Below, one piece after another: positions 24,996 through 39,892 of a DNA stretch of 64,000 bases; within the stretch, counting starts at the first letter, position 1, and each line of letters starts with the position of its first letter. This DNA comes from Octopus bimaculoides (taxonomy: Eukaryota): assembly GCF_001194135.2 (NCBI RefSeq), contig NC_068982.1, forward strand, positions 52,753,328 to 52,817,327, written 5' to 3'. The notes beneath the pieces are model-generated. The model worked only from the letters and a program-made list of their open reading frames with translations, ran no database searches and had not been told where the DNA came from. Made by a program: the position numbers and the translations under genes.

Positions 24996-27134
24996 GGTAG
25001 CTACACACACTCACACACACATACGTATCTATATGCGTGTGTGTGTAGTTAACGATGTCTGCACCCATTTGTATGTATATGAATATATTTTAATATACTT
25101 TGTGTAGTGTAGTTCATACATGCAAATTCAGTATACGTTCTTACATTTGCATATGCTAATCCCCATAATTTTGGCAATGTTCAAACTGACTCTAATCCAT
25201 GCATTACTTAAATTTGAATTAGCTGAAAATTAAGCCAAACCCTGCCAGAAGTTATAACATCGTCTCTTCTGTTAATGAGTGATTTGCCTAGATCCTATAA
25301 ATTCTATCTCATTCGTATAACTGATTTATAGACATTTCATTAATAGCTTTATGTCAGAGCTGGTCGATCAAACCTACCAACAAATAGTTTCCAACCGTCA
25401 CCATCCAGTAATATACTCCAGACACAATGTAACTACAACTACTATATTGAGAAGGTAGTTCTTTTTGTTTAAGGTTACGGTATGATCTGACAATTATTCG
25501 GCGGTTAATTCTTGGAGAAATAGAAGTTTCATCGTTTTAATTCAATAACAGTATATATTGTTGGTAATTTTGCTGTCGTCACTTTTGCATTTAATTCTTC
25601 ATCTAATTTGATTTAAAATTACCCTGATAAATTATTGCAGCGTCCACATCAGCTTGATAAATGAAATTCTGCAAATCATTTCAAACCGTTTAAATGTCTC
25701 CAAATTTACAGAAGTGATAAAAGGGATATTGTGTAATTTTGATATCTCGAATGAAGAATTTCAGTGACTTCAAGTGAAATGTATTTTATTGGGAATATAA
25801 ACTAGGACATTCATTTGATTTATCGGAAGCTTATCTCCATTTTACCGAGCATTTCCAGGTAGTGATGGATCGCTTAGGAGTCCGTTTCATGTCTTGTCTC
25901 CAACTCGCTTCATCAGTTGGGAACAGCCTCTATTAAAGATGAATGTCCCACCTTAGTATTCCTTAGACTCTGAGCTATATTATCTATAAACTGTATAAAA
26001 ATCGCTTCCATGATGAAATAAATCAGGAAGCTATGATTGAAGAATGCACTAAATTAGAATATAAATGTGTTTTCCACAAAGAGACGTTGTCAATTTTAGT
26101 AACTCATTATCATATATATTTCTTCATACGGAGAGCACATAATCAATTTTCTTTCTAGGCTTTTAGAGTTTTATCTTTATTTTATTAATATTTGAAGTGT
26201 ATTATGATTTAGCTTTCAAACTTGATAGTAAGAAATCAATTTATCAGATGTTAGCTATAAATGAAGTAGATATATTAATAATGCAAAAGTCAATAGGTTT
26301 ATTGACATTGAAAATAAATATTTCCAAAGTGAAACAAAACCCCAAACAACAAGCTGACTAACTTTTTGCTTTGTATTTTCAAGGCTGGTACAAGAAGAGG
26401 TTACTGCTATTGAATACTACCAAAAGTAATTCTATATATTGTTTTGTATTCAGTCAAAAGTTATGTTGTTTTGTTTTCAGTCCTTTCAGATGCGGGCAAT
26501 ATAGTTGGAAAAAAATCTGAGAAATAAATAGATTGGAAGAAAGGGATGAGGAAGAGAGGAATTATTATATTCTTTGTATCTATGACACAAAGGTATTCTC
26601 TTAGATACAAGGGGTTTCATATTTATAACTGCTTTTCATGTTTTTCAGGTGCATATTATATGTTCGCGCATATATACACACATTCCATATTTATCTATGT
26701 AAATATGCGGGTGTGAAGAGTGCACAAAGATAATCAGAGTACTGTGTACATAATATAGAATGAAATATCTAATAATGTTAGCAATTCATTTACTCGTTGA
26801 CGCGAATAAGTTAAGGGAGGAGAATAAACTCGTTGCATACTAGTTTGGGGCCGAATTATATCACTTGAGCTGGCTAAAATTAACAAGGTGGAAGAATTCT
26901 GATACAATGGATATTGCCATTGTATATGGTTGGGAGATAATTCATTATATTCAACTGTTGAATTTAAGAGAAGGGAAATCGGATGGGAAAAAAGTATAAG
27001 GAATAAAGCCTAAGCAAAGAGATAATGACACTAGGGAAAGTATAAAAGTTAGAGTTGAACTCATTCAATATAAATGTATACTCAGAGTATATATTATTGA
27101 ATAAAATATTTAGTAGTGTTAGTAATTCCGGTTA

Positions 27135-27653
27135 CATGTGCACCAGAATTAGATATATTTGTTAAATATAAATAGTTTGAGGGCGAGTTTTGTCCCGTGG
27201 GCTAGATAAAAATAACATAGTTGAAGAGATGGGATACAATGGTACAAAAGCAACTGTGCACTATTCAATCTGAGATCAGAAGTCATTGATATACGTCGTC
27301 CTTGCGATAAATATTTGCTAAAAAACAGGTTTCATATAGTTAAGAGTTCTGATATAACTGGATTGGAAGCAATACATCATATTAAATAGCTAAAGAGAGA
27401 GGAGGTCGATTGGGAAAATTTTTTATCAGGACTCTTAACTAAATGAAATCATGACTTATCAGTTTTTTAGCAAATATTTATCGCAGGGACGACGTATGTT
27501 AATCATTTCTGAGCTCAGATTGAATAGTGCGCAGCTGTTTTTGTACCATTGTATCCCAACTCTTCAACTATGTTATTTTTAGCTAGCCCACGGGACAAAA
27601 CTCGCCCTCAAACTATTTATATTTAACGAATATATCTAATTCTGGTGCACATG
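27135..27653. mobile_element. Fold-back/MITE-like element with about 220-bp inverted arms
   Basis: 27135-27354 is the reverse complement of 27424-27653 (12 mismatches over the outer ~190 nt, one small indel); TA on both outer sides; 69-bp spacer. Confidence 0.85.
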
Positions 27654-30600
27654 TACCATTTTGTATAATTTATATATTCCGATGGTCATAAACTTTATGG
27701 TGAGTGCTGCAACGCATTTTTTGAGGTCCAAAACATAAGTTTTCTTATATTCCGATTTTTTATGTTCCCGAAGGAAGAATTGTGGTTGAAGTGTCTTTGA
27801 ATTTACCTTCACGACACCTACATTATGTCTATACACTATGTTTAGACTTGCTTTCGGTATTGATATCAAGCGGTTGATAATTGCTTCTATACTGCTTCAA
27901 CGAATACAAAGATGCATTTATATTGTGGCATATGCAGATATCATTAGCAGTTATTTTTGTGGGATTACCTTTTATTTAGCTTTTTTTCTTATATTTGTAG
28001 TAGAGCTATGATTCAATTTTAGTTTTATTTATTGTTTAATATCCTACATTGGCGAGTAAGAGGCGGAAGCTGTTTTAAGGCTAGGAAATCTTCAACTATG
28101 TTAAATGTAATCTTTAATAATAAAGAAGTCATATGGCAAATAATATCGTAGCGACTTTCCTTGTTAGCGTATGGTAGAGTGGTTAGCAGTGGATTTAATA
28201 TCATCTTTGAATTCACTAGTTTTTAGTGCTTTATCACATTAGGATGCAAGTTTGAAGAAAATTTCTTCATTCGATAACAGTTCTGAGATTTTTCTGCTAT
28301 TATTTAGGCTTTTGAAAACCATTTAATACTTCACAACGTTTCCTTGGCTTTATTTGAAAGCGTAAATTTTGGGGTTATTTCTTAATAAGTTGAAATTTAT
28401 GTAGGTCTTGAGATTGTTGTGTCGACGCCCCCAAGCGAAGAAGTAGGATCGCCCAAGACATATAAATAAAGGTAGTCTGGCCGTGGTAGGAGTTGAGTAG
28501 CTGTTGAGTAGCAGTCGGTTAGCGGTTGAGTAGAGGTCATCCGAAGGTGCTAGATAGCAGTAGCTTGAGACATGACAGTGATATATTTCTATTCTTATTT
28601 ATGTATCATATATCTAAGGAGTCGCATTAAAAACATCTATGTGCTTGATTGTTGCAGGCAGTTCTTTTTGTTTAACCTGAAGTAACAACTGAATCTTTAA
28701 ATGCTGTGTCACAGAAGAAAGCCGTTCATCGCATGAGTTTGACTACAGCTTCCTAGTCTCCCTCTCTTTTTCCTTCTCCTCCTAGCTGTACAATATATAT
28801 ATTTGCAGGTGTGTTACTTTAGCATGTGTTTCCGTATGAGTGAATAACTAATTTATTCCTACCACTTTATGGAAACATGTTAAAATGAACCATGAATTCA
28901 AACTTGAATTTCGGATTTCTGAAATTTGTTTCGGTGACACAATAATTTTAAATTGTCACTCTATGACTTCTAAAATGTTTGAAATTCAAAAGCACAGCGG
29001 AGTAGCATAAACTAGTTTTACTTTCCATTAATAGATATACATGGATCAAATCAAATGATTTCATCACCTTACAAATACACACATTTTCGCCAGTGTAAGA
29101 TATGAATATTTTCAAATCTTCCATTGGCAAGCAAGAGTTATATGCTTTCGATTAATTTTGATTCAAATATAGTTGTACTGCATAGGAAAGAAAATTTCAC
29201 TCACACATAAAAGAAAATCAAAAAAGAATGAATGTTATATAATTTCATCCCCTTATCTGTTCAATTTGTGGATTTATTTTAGTGGCAAATCAATATTGTC
29301 TAAAATCATAAAACATCGCAATAGGCAACGGTATTAAGTTTGAGAGTCTTTGCTTTTTTCCTTATTTTAAAACAATCTAGTAGTGTTCATCAAAGTATCA
29401 GATTAAAGCGAAACTGAATTCATTTCCAAGAACTGTCTCATACACCGGATTTAAAGACTCCACTGTCTGTCAGTGTGTATATGTATGTGTGTGTGTGTGT
29501 GTCTGTGCGTGTGCGCTCGTATTTGTGTATGTGTTTGTGCATGTGTTAGTGTGTGTGTGTATATATGTTCATGTATATATCTATATATGTGGGTATTGGC
29601 GTATTCATATGCATATAGGTATTAATTTCATTCAACAAAGAGCTTTTACAGGAATTGTATTTATTCCAATCTGTTATTTCCACCATCACATCAATCAAGA
29701 TCAAGATCATCATCATCATCATCATCATCGTCATCATCATCATCATCATCATCATCATTATCGACAGTAGCAGTTTTTGTTGGTGAATTAATTCGTAATT
29801 AAGAGTTTCAAGTCTACAATAACAAGCCTTATTATTTGCAGCATAAGTTATGCTAGAATTAAAGTTATCACAAGCACCAGACTTTGTTTTCGAAACACAT
29901 AAGCAGCAACATGATATCATTTTAAAGCAAATACGTAAACAATTTTGAGATTAGCGTGAGGAGAAACAAAACTTTTCGATTTTATATCGAATAAATCCTC
30001 CTTACTTTTATACAGGGTGTATAAATAAGATTGTGACTGAACGACTATAAGACATTCTATATGATAGTCGTGAACCACATCTCCGGTGATCATACAACTG
30101 TAGGTATTAGAGACGGTATATTACAATCTTCTGAACATCAGGACAGCATTTTCCAGTTAACCTCGATTATAAGTTTGAATTTAAATAAACTTTAACAACT
30201 ATTAATATATTGTCAATTAATATTTCTCAAAACTTAATTATAGTTTAAACTGTTTGTACCTTTAAACAAATAAATACTGTATTTTAAACTTTGAAGTGTC
30301 ACTACCAGAAATCTTTATTTCGAAGATGTAAATACCAAAAATCAACTGAGAAAATTTCGAAGAAAAAAAATTGTTTTAATAGTTATTGTGATAAATTACT
30401 TTTGCTTGGTTTTTGAGGATCACCAGAGATTATTTAAAGAAATGTGGAACAATTAATTCTCCATTATTTTCTTCTGAAAAGAAGTTGAGTACTAACATGT
30501 TTATATATTTGTATTATAAAATGTTTTTACTTTTTCAATTATATTATTATTTTTAATAAACGTAATCTAAACAAATTATGGCTTTACAAAACAAAATCAA

Positions 30601-32570
30601 CAACACAATAGAAACACATAATATTTCTTTGTCAATAACTACAGACAGTACAAACATATCTTAAAGAGTATCTCAAAATGCTATAATTACAAAAATTCAA
30701 TATGCAGTATAATGAAATACCTTGAATTTGTTTTGTAAACACAATATTAGCATGTTATAAAGACATGAACACATAAGCCCATCATACACATTAATTGCAC
30801 AGTCTAAACATAATATATATTTCAATATATGTTTATGTCACACAAACAGAAAACAATATTCAATAATAAATACTAATGAACAGTAAACAATAATTAATAC
30901 GGAACCACCAATATATTATCAGTATAATTAACAACTGAAAGCTATTTGACAACTGATACAGACGATACGTTTCACTATCAACTTTTCGCATATCTTCACT
31001 AACCAAAGATTAGATTATCAAATACTGTAGGCGGAAGAAATACGGATATCACTAAAAGTATCTTAGATAAATCATATATACGTATGTATATATATATATA
31101 TATATATAATTAACAACTTAAAGCAATTTGACAACTGACATACATGATACGCTTCAGTATCCACTNNNNNNNNNNATATATATATATATATATATAGACA
31201 TGTATATGTATAGACATGTATATGTATATAATGTAGTAGCGGAGCCGTCAGCTATCAGATGAGCTATTCATAATATTGACAACTCTTCTTATGATAGGAT
31301 AATCTGATAATGTGATGCTATTTTCCACTTATAGCATCTGATAGATTTCTTTATCATTCTGAAAGATTTCATTACCACCTAAATCTGCTTTCTGTTCTTA
31401 TACTGGCTAAAAGTTCAATAATATGAGTCAAATATCTTTCATTTGAATACGTATTTCTCATATAAACAATTATCCCACTCTTGTCAAAGGAGAATTTGAC
31501 CTGAATATTTTAATATTTTGAGGCTGTATATAATAATTTGTCTATAGTACATGGAATTTTGCTTGCAAAGCTATGGAAAATGTATATATTGTTTGATTTA
31601 CAAAGATGAGATTTAATTATACATAAACTTATATATGTCAACATATTGAAACAAATTTGTCACTTTAACTAAACACAGCAGTCAAAGATGCATTCATGTA
31701 AAGATGAAACAAATACGTGATTACAAATATTATTGTATAAATGCAGTCATGCGTTTATTTATACCGACGGACACACATGAAAATGTGCATAAAAATCTAC
31801 ATTCCCATACAAAATGTAAATATATCTAACCTCAGAAATTGATTGTATAAAACTTAAAGAATAGAATTTTGGACATTTTTGCTTTTCTTATAAAAGCTGG
31901 GGGTTTGTTTATGTTTTTACGAAAAACTTTGATCAAGTATTACATATTCTTTCAAAATTGTGATTTAATCGTTTTAAAGTTTTTTTCTTCTGTGAATAAT
32001 ATTGAATGTATCTTCCTCTGAATTATGTATTGTATTTTAAATATATTGAAATAGTATCGTTAACAAAAGAGAGAGTTAAAACTTAGAAATTTGTATCACT
32101 GGACATTTCCATTTGATAATCAATTTTCATAAACTTCCGGACGTGAGAATGGCTTTGCAGACAAGGGAAAGCGATATAAAACTAAAAGTTTAGGTAAAAA
32201 TAATGGAATTCATCTGGTAAAGTAATTAGTCGAGTTTTTAAATGATAGTCTGATAATATTATCAATCAAAAGTATTTTAAATAATTGGCATTACACACCA
32301 ATAGTTAAGTAACAAATATATATCATAAATTCAACTCCGACATCGTTAAAAAATATACCTGAGTTACGAAGAGTAGGAAAAATTCTTTAGTATGAAAAGG
32401 TTTGATGTGAAGTCCTTATGCAATTTCAGTCCATTCCAACAGAAAATCTCAACTAGATGTACATCGATACATAGTACCTATATATNNNNNNNNNNNNNNN
32501 NNNNNNNNNNNNNNNNNNNNNNNNNNNNNNNNNNNNNNNNNNNNNNNNNNNNNNNNNNNNNNNNNNNNNC

Positions 32571-32625
<55 letters not shown>

Positions 32626-33623
32626 CAGATAGATACATATATGTATACACACACACACACACACACACAAACACACACACGCACATATATTTAATTCAGT
32701 AATTCAGTATAGTTAAGTTGTAATAATGTGTAAAAATAGTGACAATTGGCGTCTACAAATCTTACAATAACTTTGCACTATCATTCAAATATGATTTCAA
32801 TTGAAGCTATTAACCTTTTTCTGCTATGCTATTTTTACGGGTATGCTATCAAGTGCAAATTTTTTTTCCAATCTAGTTATGTCAAGATGTTTACCCAACA
32901 CATAGAAATATGTTTTAAGAAAAATAAAATTTCTTGATTTATATTTTATATAAATTTCATATTACCTTAAATTATGGCTTTTGACTAAAACTTTAGGAAA
33001 ATTATTTTTTTATTCGTTAGAATGCTTCTTTTAGCAGAAATCAATTTATATTTGAATACTGAAAGATACAATAATGAATTTTAACAAAAAAATTCCCTGT
33101 TTGGCATTTCTGAGGATCATAGATGACAGCTAAACAGTAAATCTAGACACATTATCGATGTAGTCATATTGTTGATAACACATTTGAGTTTTACTATAAA
33201 GCACTTACCGTAGATCATTAATTTTGAGTCAAATTGTGTATGGTGCTAACTGAAAATGTAAAATTATTTTTGTGCTTTTGTTGGAATTTAAAATTATACA
33301 ATGTGATCTTTTAAAGAATTACATTCAAAAACATTTTTCATGAGCTTCTCTCCACTCTTGATGTATATATGTAATGGTTTTGAAAGTGTTAACAAACTGT
33401 GCTTCATTATTGTATTATTTTCTATTATCACAAATTCTTAATTTACAGAAAAAAATTCTTTTGTCTAAGATGAGAATGATTTCATCATTAGTTGCATTTC
33501 TTTAGGTAAAATAATCCATTTAGTTTACCTGTTCGAAATATAATCCCGACACAAGTGAACTTACATGTTGCGTCAGTCAGACATCTTTTGCAATATACAT
33601 ATATATACACACACATACCCCCC

Positions 33624-33674
<51 letters not shown>

Positions 33675-35867
33675 CATAAAATTCTACATTATGTATAGAA
33701 TACTTTCCTTTCGTTTGTAAACAAGAATATACTCGCTGCTATCCATTTAAGCCCTATCTATGAAACGAGGACAACCATTTCATGATAGAGATCTACCTTC
33801 TCCTTAACTCCTTGAAGAATATACAAATACGGTTTTAAAACATCCACGCATTACAGACTATCGAATCAAAAACGGAAATGAAAGCGTTATGGTGTGAATG
33901 GGAGGGAACACCGTTTGAAGATAGACACTACTGAAATACCCTGCGAAAACGGAATCTTCAGTTCAGGAACTTGAATCTGCTTAATCAGTTTGATGAAAAA
34001 CGGTAAGGCTTCGACATCAAACCAATTCATTGAACAAAAGTCACTTGAACAATTACTTAAAACGTAAAAAAATCTTCCAATGTCCACATACTTGCAAACA
34101 ACATATGAACTTACATATTTTACATTTCTGGCAAATGATTTTACCAAAGTATACAAAACATAAATGTACCCCATTCCCTTTAATACCTTTAACATAGAAA
34201 CGAAAGAACTAGCCTTTCAGATTCGATTAGAAAATCGCTTTGCGCGAAAACTACATGACGGTTAGCGATCATAAGGCAAATTTTCTCATACTCTAAATGC
34301 GAGTTTTTAAGACCCCTCCAGAAGCTTCTTCTCGACGCAGTTACCCTTACGATTAGTGGCTTCACAATATTGAACGCAAACTATTCTTCAGTTACATCTA
34401 ATGCGATATACTTTACTTGTAATTATCTTTATCTAAAACCCTTCCCTTGAAAGTCCTCGAATTCAAGAGAACGTTTACTATCGGTGACCTCGATAACTGG
34501 GTGAGAATGAACGCTTGCCACACTCTTCGTCATCTCCATGGATAATAACGACGGTGCTGAGGTTAAAGATCTAGTGAGACATTTCAAGCTAGACACCTAT
34601 ATGACACCAGGCAATTTAGAAGCGGCTCTTTAGTAATATCATACAAGTTCCATATAAAGATCTCCATTGACACACACCTTACAGTATGTAGCATTTTATG
34701 GATTACATTTGATTTAACCACAATCATTATTACGAAGGGAAGGAAATAGAAAAATCATGCGCATTCACAAGAACTTTAGTCGTACTTCAGGCATAATTAA
34801 GAACCATGCAAACTGTATAACAATTTGTGACTTATCCTCAGACATTTTCAAAATATTTCTGTCTGAGTGACAAGAAGAGGAATTTGCAAGAAGATAGTTT
34901 ACGAGGAACATTTCACCAACACCCAGTTGCAGAACCGGAAAAAAAAAACTGGCTGAATCCATCTCTTAATGAGAATATAGGTACTAAAATAGCCAAGAAC
35001 AAGTTTTTATCCTTAGTGAAGAACTATTTTATCCACACGCATACATACAACAAACACTTTAATACGAATGACATTAATATATTTAGTTGTCTTTTAAACT
35101 TTAGGTTTTGAAAATCTCAGAGTGTGTAGCCATAATGTCAGCTTATTGCAACTTCTTTATATAGATCTGGGAGGAAAATAATTACAATTTCAAAATAAAT
35201 GTGTAAACGGGATTACGTTTCGACTCTCTAATTTAGTTTCTATACAGTTTTCTTTGTCTTTATACAAAAAAATTTTGATTAGAATCAGTCTCAACTGCTT
35301 TTAGAAAACATATCAAATCATTTGGTTGTCATTTTCAGAAGTAAATAAATAAAAGAATTCACAAAGAAATCTGGTAGGGAATTTAACATATTAGATGCTT
35401 TGTAAATAATTTGTATCTAAATATATTACCGTGAAGATGTATTTTATTAAATAAATGTGACTGGAAAACCATGTAGCAACATTAAAATTTTATACGTTTA
35501 TTTTACGGCCAAATAAAATGTCGTGCAAACATTGAACTGGAATTATTTTATTCGTTAGTGTGAAAAAAAGATCAGGAAAAGAAAACATGAATGGTACAGG
35601 TCTCAGATCAATACTACTCTGAGAATACAAGAGAAACATCGAGTGTATCGTGTCAGTGAGTTTAAGCTGAGTGTGTTTAAGATGGGGTTCTAACATTTAG
35701 TAAGATCAGTGCATCAGAAAATTGGTGAATAAAGGTATGCCAATTCATCTAATAAACTTTTTGTCAGAGATGAATTCTTTAGTGAGTGTATGAGAAAAAG
35801 TCCTAAGTAATTTAACGGAATCAATACTCATGTATAGTTATATTCAAAGTTGAAACTTTGACTTACT

Positions 35868-35965
35868 TATTGTTGTTGTCATTGCTATTATTATTATCAT
35901 TGTTGTTGTTGTTGTTCTTCTTCTTTTTCTTCTTCTTCTTCTTCTAAATCTTCCTTTAATAATTT

Positions 35966-36030
<65 letters not shown>

Positions 36031-36060
36031 TCTGTCTGTCTGCCTGTCTGTCTGTCTATC
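35868..36060. repeat. Compound (GTT)(TTC)(CTA)(TCTG) SSR
   Basis: Direct inspection. Confidence 0.9.
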
Positions 36061-37325
36061 AATCTATGTATCTCTCTATGAGAGAAGCAATTCCCATGTT
36101 CAACTTCAACTTCTACGGGTTTATGGCTTTCTGGAAAGAGTTCGGAATGAAAGATGAAGAAAGGAGGGAAGGAAGGATAGTTTGATATTTAGTAGGGAAT
36201 AATATGTGGAGCAAAGGCAAGCATTTTAGATGAAATCAGATGAAGGCAATAGACAGCTTGTATTACTCAAAGGATAGAAGTAGAAGAGGCGCAGAATGAC
36301 TTCATCTTTTTAATGAACAAATCGGGTTGACAATCCGTTAGATTATACCTTTATTGGGTGCGATCTAGAATTGTTGCATGCTTAGCAGTTGCCCTCTTTC
36401 CGCTATTTTGATTTTACTTTGATGCTTCAGTAAAGGTGAAAAGCTGTTTAGAGCTGAAATATTTTCGGGCGATAACGAGGTATCTTACTCTATGAAATTC
36501 TGTATTGTGCATCTTATGCAAGTGAGGTCATCATAAGAGATAATCAGAATTTGCGAGATTTAATAAAATGTGAGCAGATTTGAGTATGGTGGTCGTAGTG
36601 TTAGGTATTGATTCAGTCGTGTAATTGCTGAAATTTGTGCTAATGAATTTAGATAGGTTACAGTATTAATTTTGCTGTGCATAAATTTCATATGGATGAA
36701 GCCTAAGAACAAATGCTTGCAAGTAAAGAAGAGTGGCAGGAAGAAGTAGTTTTCTTGGTTATTAACATCGAGAACATAATTGATATATGCAACAAAGAAT
36801 GAATACATATACGAACTCTGAGAAATGATGAATCTGATAGAATCTGAATCAGTGATCCCAACTGACATGCAGTGTGACGAATTGTCTGATATGAAACTTC
36901 CGATTCAAGGAGTGAACGTTTGGTAGAAGGTAATTTTGTTATGATATTCTCGTATCGAACATTTTACTGGAGTCTAAAGAGCAACAATATCTCTTTCTCC
37001 GAAGTTCTAAAGGATGACAGATATATATATATATATAATATGTCTTATCTCATAAATATGATTTTATTGAACCATACAGAAGGTTATTGACGAAGGTAAG
37101 AGACTTTGCATTGTAGGAACTGATCATTTACAACTTCTTCCGTTACATAATGATTTAATAAAATCAAAATAAATGAATAAATAAAATTAAAAGGAAATAA
37201 AAAACAATAACAGACAAAACTAGAAAAGAATTAATTTACACCAAGTCCCCTTAGCCATGCTAATAACAGACTAGATTCTAATACGATTGACAAACATTCA
37301 ATCTCATTATGAAATCTTTAAATAA

Positions 37326-37735
37326 GGCAGCGAGCTGGCAGAAAAGTTAACACGCCAAGTAAAATGCTTAGCGGTATTTCATCAGTCTTTATTTTCTGAG
37401 TTCAAATTCCGTTGAGGTTGCATTTGCCTTTCGTCTTATCGCAGTCGATAAAATAAGTACCAGCTGAGCACTGAGGGACGATGTAATCGATCTCTCCCCC
37501 GAAATTACTGGCCTTGTGCGAAAGCATGAAAGCATTTATTACATCTGTGACTGGACGATGTATGGGCAGAATCGTTTGAGTATCGGACAAAATACTTTGC
37601 GATATTTGATCAACCACCTTATTGACTTAGTTCAAATCCCACCGAGGTTGAGTTTGCCTTTCATCTCTTCAGCGTTGAGAAAATAAGTAACCAGTCAATT
37701 ATTGCATTCATTCTAACAAATAATTTCCGACCTGT
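37326..37735 (+). mobile_element. Two tandem SINE family A copies
   Basis: 37326-37530 is full length (B box GTTCAAATTCC); a more diverged second copy starts near 37565. Confidence 0.75.
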
Positions 37736-38699
37736 CAACTGATGGGCTTGTGTTTATAGTAGAAGCGATTAGTCTCTGACTGGTATAAAGTTGTAAAGAG
37801 GGTCCACGCTAAATATTGTGAAATATGTAGTTTCGTCTCTCTCGGAGTCTAGCTGGAATTGGGGCTTATAAAAAAAAAAAATCGGTTATTGTATTTTGAA
37901 CGAGAAGCGTCTTTTCACTGCATTTTGCACTGTAATGCCGCCAGCGCCTGCAGATATTGATAATCAAATACAGTCATAAGAATTCGAGGGATGTTGCGTC
38001 TGTGTCAACAGGAGTCAATGACATAATTTTTCGGTAAAGGTTTTGCTTGAAACCTTAGGTGCTTCCTTTTTCACAGCATGCCAACATAAATTTTTCTGCT
38101 TCCATTAATTATATAATACTCCCACTGAGTATAGCCATAAGCCTCTACGGTATCTACTTAGAGCTGGGTCGAATGAGTTGATGAAACCTGAATAAACTAG
38201 AATAAACAGTGAAAAGCTGAAGACATACAAATTCTCAGCATTTTCTTTGTTCAGTGGGCGGAAACCTTATCATATCACTGATATGATTCTAACCGATAGC
38301 ATAAAACTTAAATATGACAACGAAACTAAATAGGTGCTCGAAAGAAACAGAAAAAATCCCAGAAAAAAAAAATTTTTAATCATAAAGTAATATAAAAAAG
38401 GAGGAAGTCAGGAAGTAGAGAATGAAATAACCTAGCTTCGTGGTTAAAGAAGATCGTAACGTAAGAGACAAAAGATTAAATGGAAAGAAAAAAAACATGG
38501 CGAATTTTTTTTTTCCATTTTTGAAATGTGCAGTGAAAACAAATTAATGATTTCAATGTAATTACAAAATTTAATTAAAGAAGAAGAGAAAGTCTAATGC
38601 ATAATGACAATATTGATTTCTAAAACCTAAAAGCTTGTTAAATATAGGAACTTGAATATATACTGAAGTGAAATGACGCAGAGATTAGTGCTTGACATA

Positions 38700-38965
<266 letters not shown>

Positions 38966-39892
38966 ATGTGTAAGTGAAATTTTATGATAAAGGAAATCAG
39001 GACACATCATTTTGAATATTGACAGGATATGCTTATTGTACTGTACAAATCAGTGAAAGAAAAATTCAGTAGTGTCTAGCATGGAGAGTATTAAGGTACT
39101 TATCGCAATGTTGAAATGATGATCCATAGGAATAAAATGTTTTATTAGATGACAGTTACAAAACTTTAACCTGATCTGGTCAATAAGTGATTCATAGAAT
39201 TTATATCATATTGTACAATACATTTGATATTAATAAAATGTAGACATTTTGTTAATTGAAAACTTTTAGGTTCGTATGAACAAACCTAAAAATACACAAA
39301 GCATTCTTTAGTTTCAAAACATCTAATATACAACTACATACATCCAGAGATTAAATACCTCTTATAAACTTTGTGAGTCGATTTTTTTCAAGGAGCTAAA
39401 CTTTCGCTATTGATTGCCTATCAATTTAATTATCCTATCCAGAATCAAGCAATTTACCTTGTATAATTGGAAGCTGTAGGAGCAGTGAATTAGAAAAAAA
39501 AATCAGTAGAGTATTGGAGATATACCTGCAGTACATAAGTATGACTCTTTACATTCTAAATTCAAATCCTACCATTGTTTAATTTGTCCTTGATATATAA
39601 AGTGTCAATAGAAAAGTGATATAGATTCATCAACTGGGTCATTCTCCCAAAATGTATGTTGTCTTGTATCTGTCAGTAAATGTATGTATGTCATTATTCA
39701 GTTTCATTCCAAGATGTCTTGCTAATAGAGAAGCCAGTCTGGATCTAGATCCAAGGCTACTTCATTGGAATTTCAACAAAATCAACAAGGTACTTTTCCA
39801 TGCAGTATTTGGAGTCAGTACATGTGCAAATCTATACGCTTTTATGTATGGATACTCTTGCTTATAGTTGCATATCTAAACATGCGCATGTA

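Noticed and set aside
25884-25916. Second hammerhead-like string on the minus strand (CUGAUGA-A...GAAAC)
   Set aside because: Stem II does not pair and GAAAC is followed by GGA, not a GUH site; at most a dead relic
28415-28713. Solo-LTR-like segment (TG start, TATAAATA, three gttgagtag repeats, CA end)
   Set aside because: No target-site duplication, PBS/PPT or second copy found
30011-30040. TA-CAGGGTG start resembling the maT TIR
   Set aside because: No matching opposite TIR or transposase sequence nearby
33880-34700. Mixed-composition stretch with a possible APE SDH motif (VSDHKAN) and a 102-aa minus ORF
   Set aside because: One short motif only; no consistent frame
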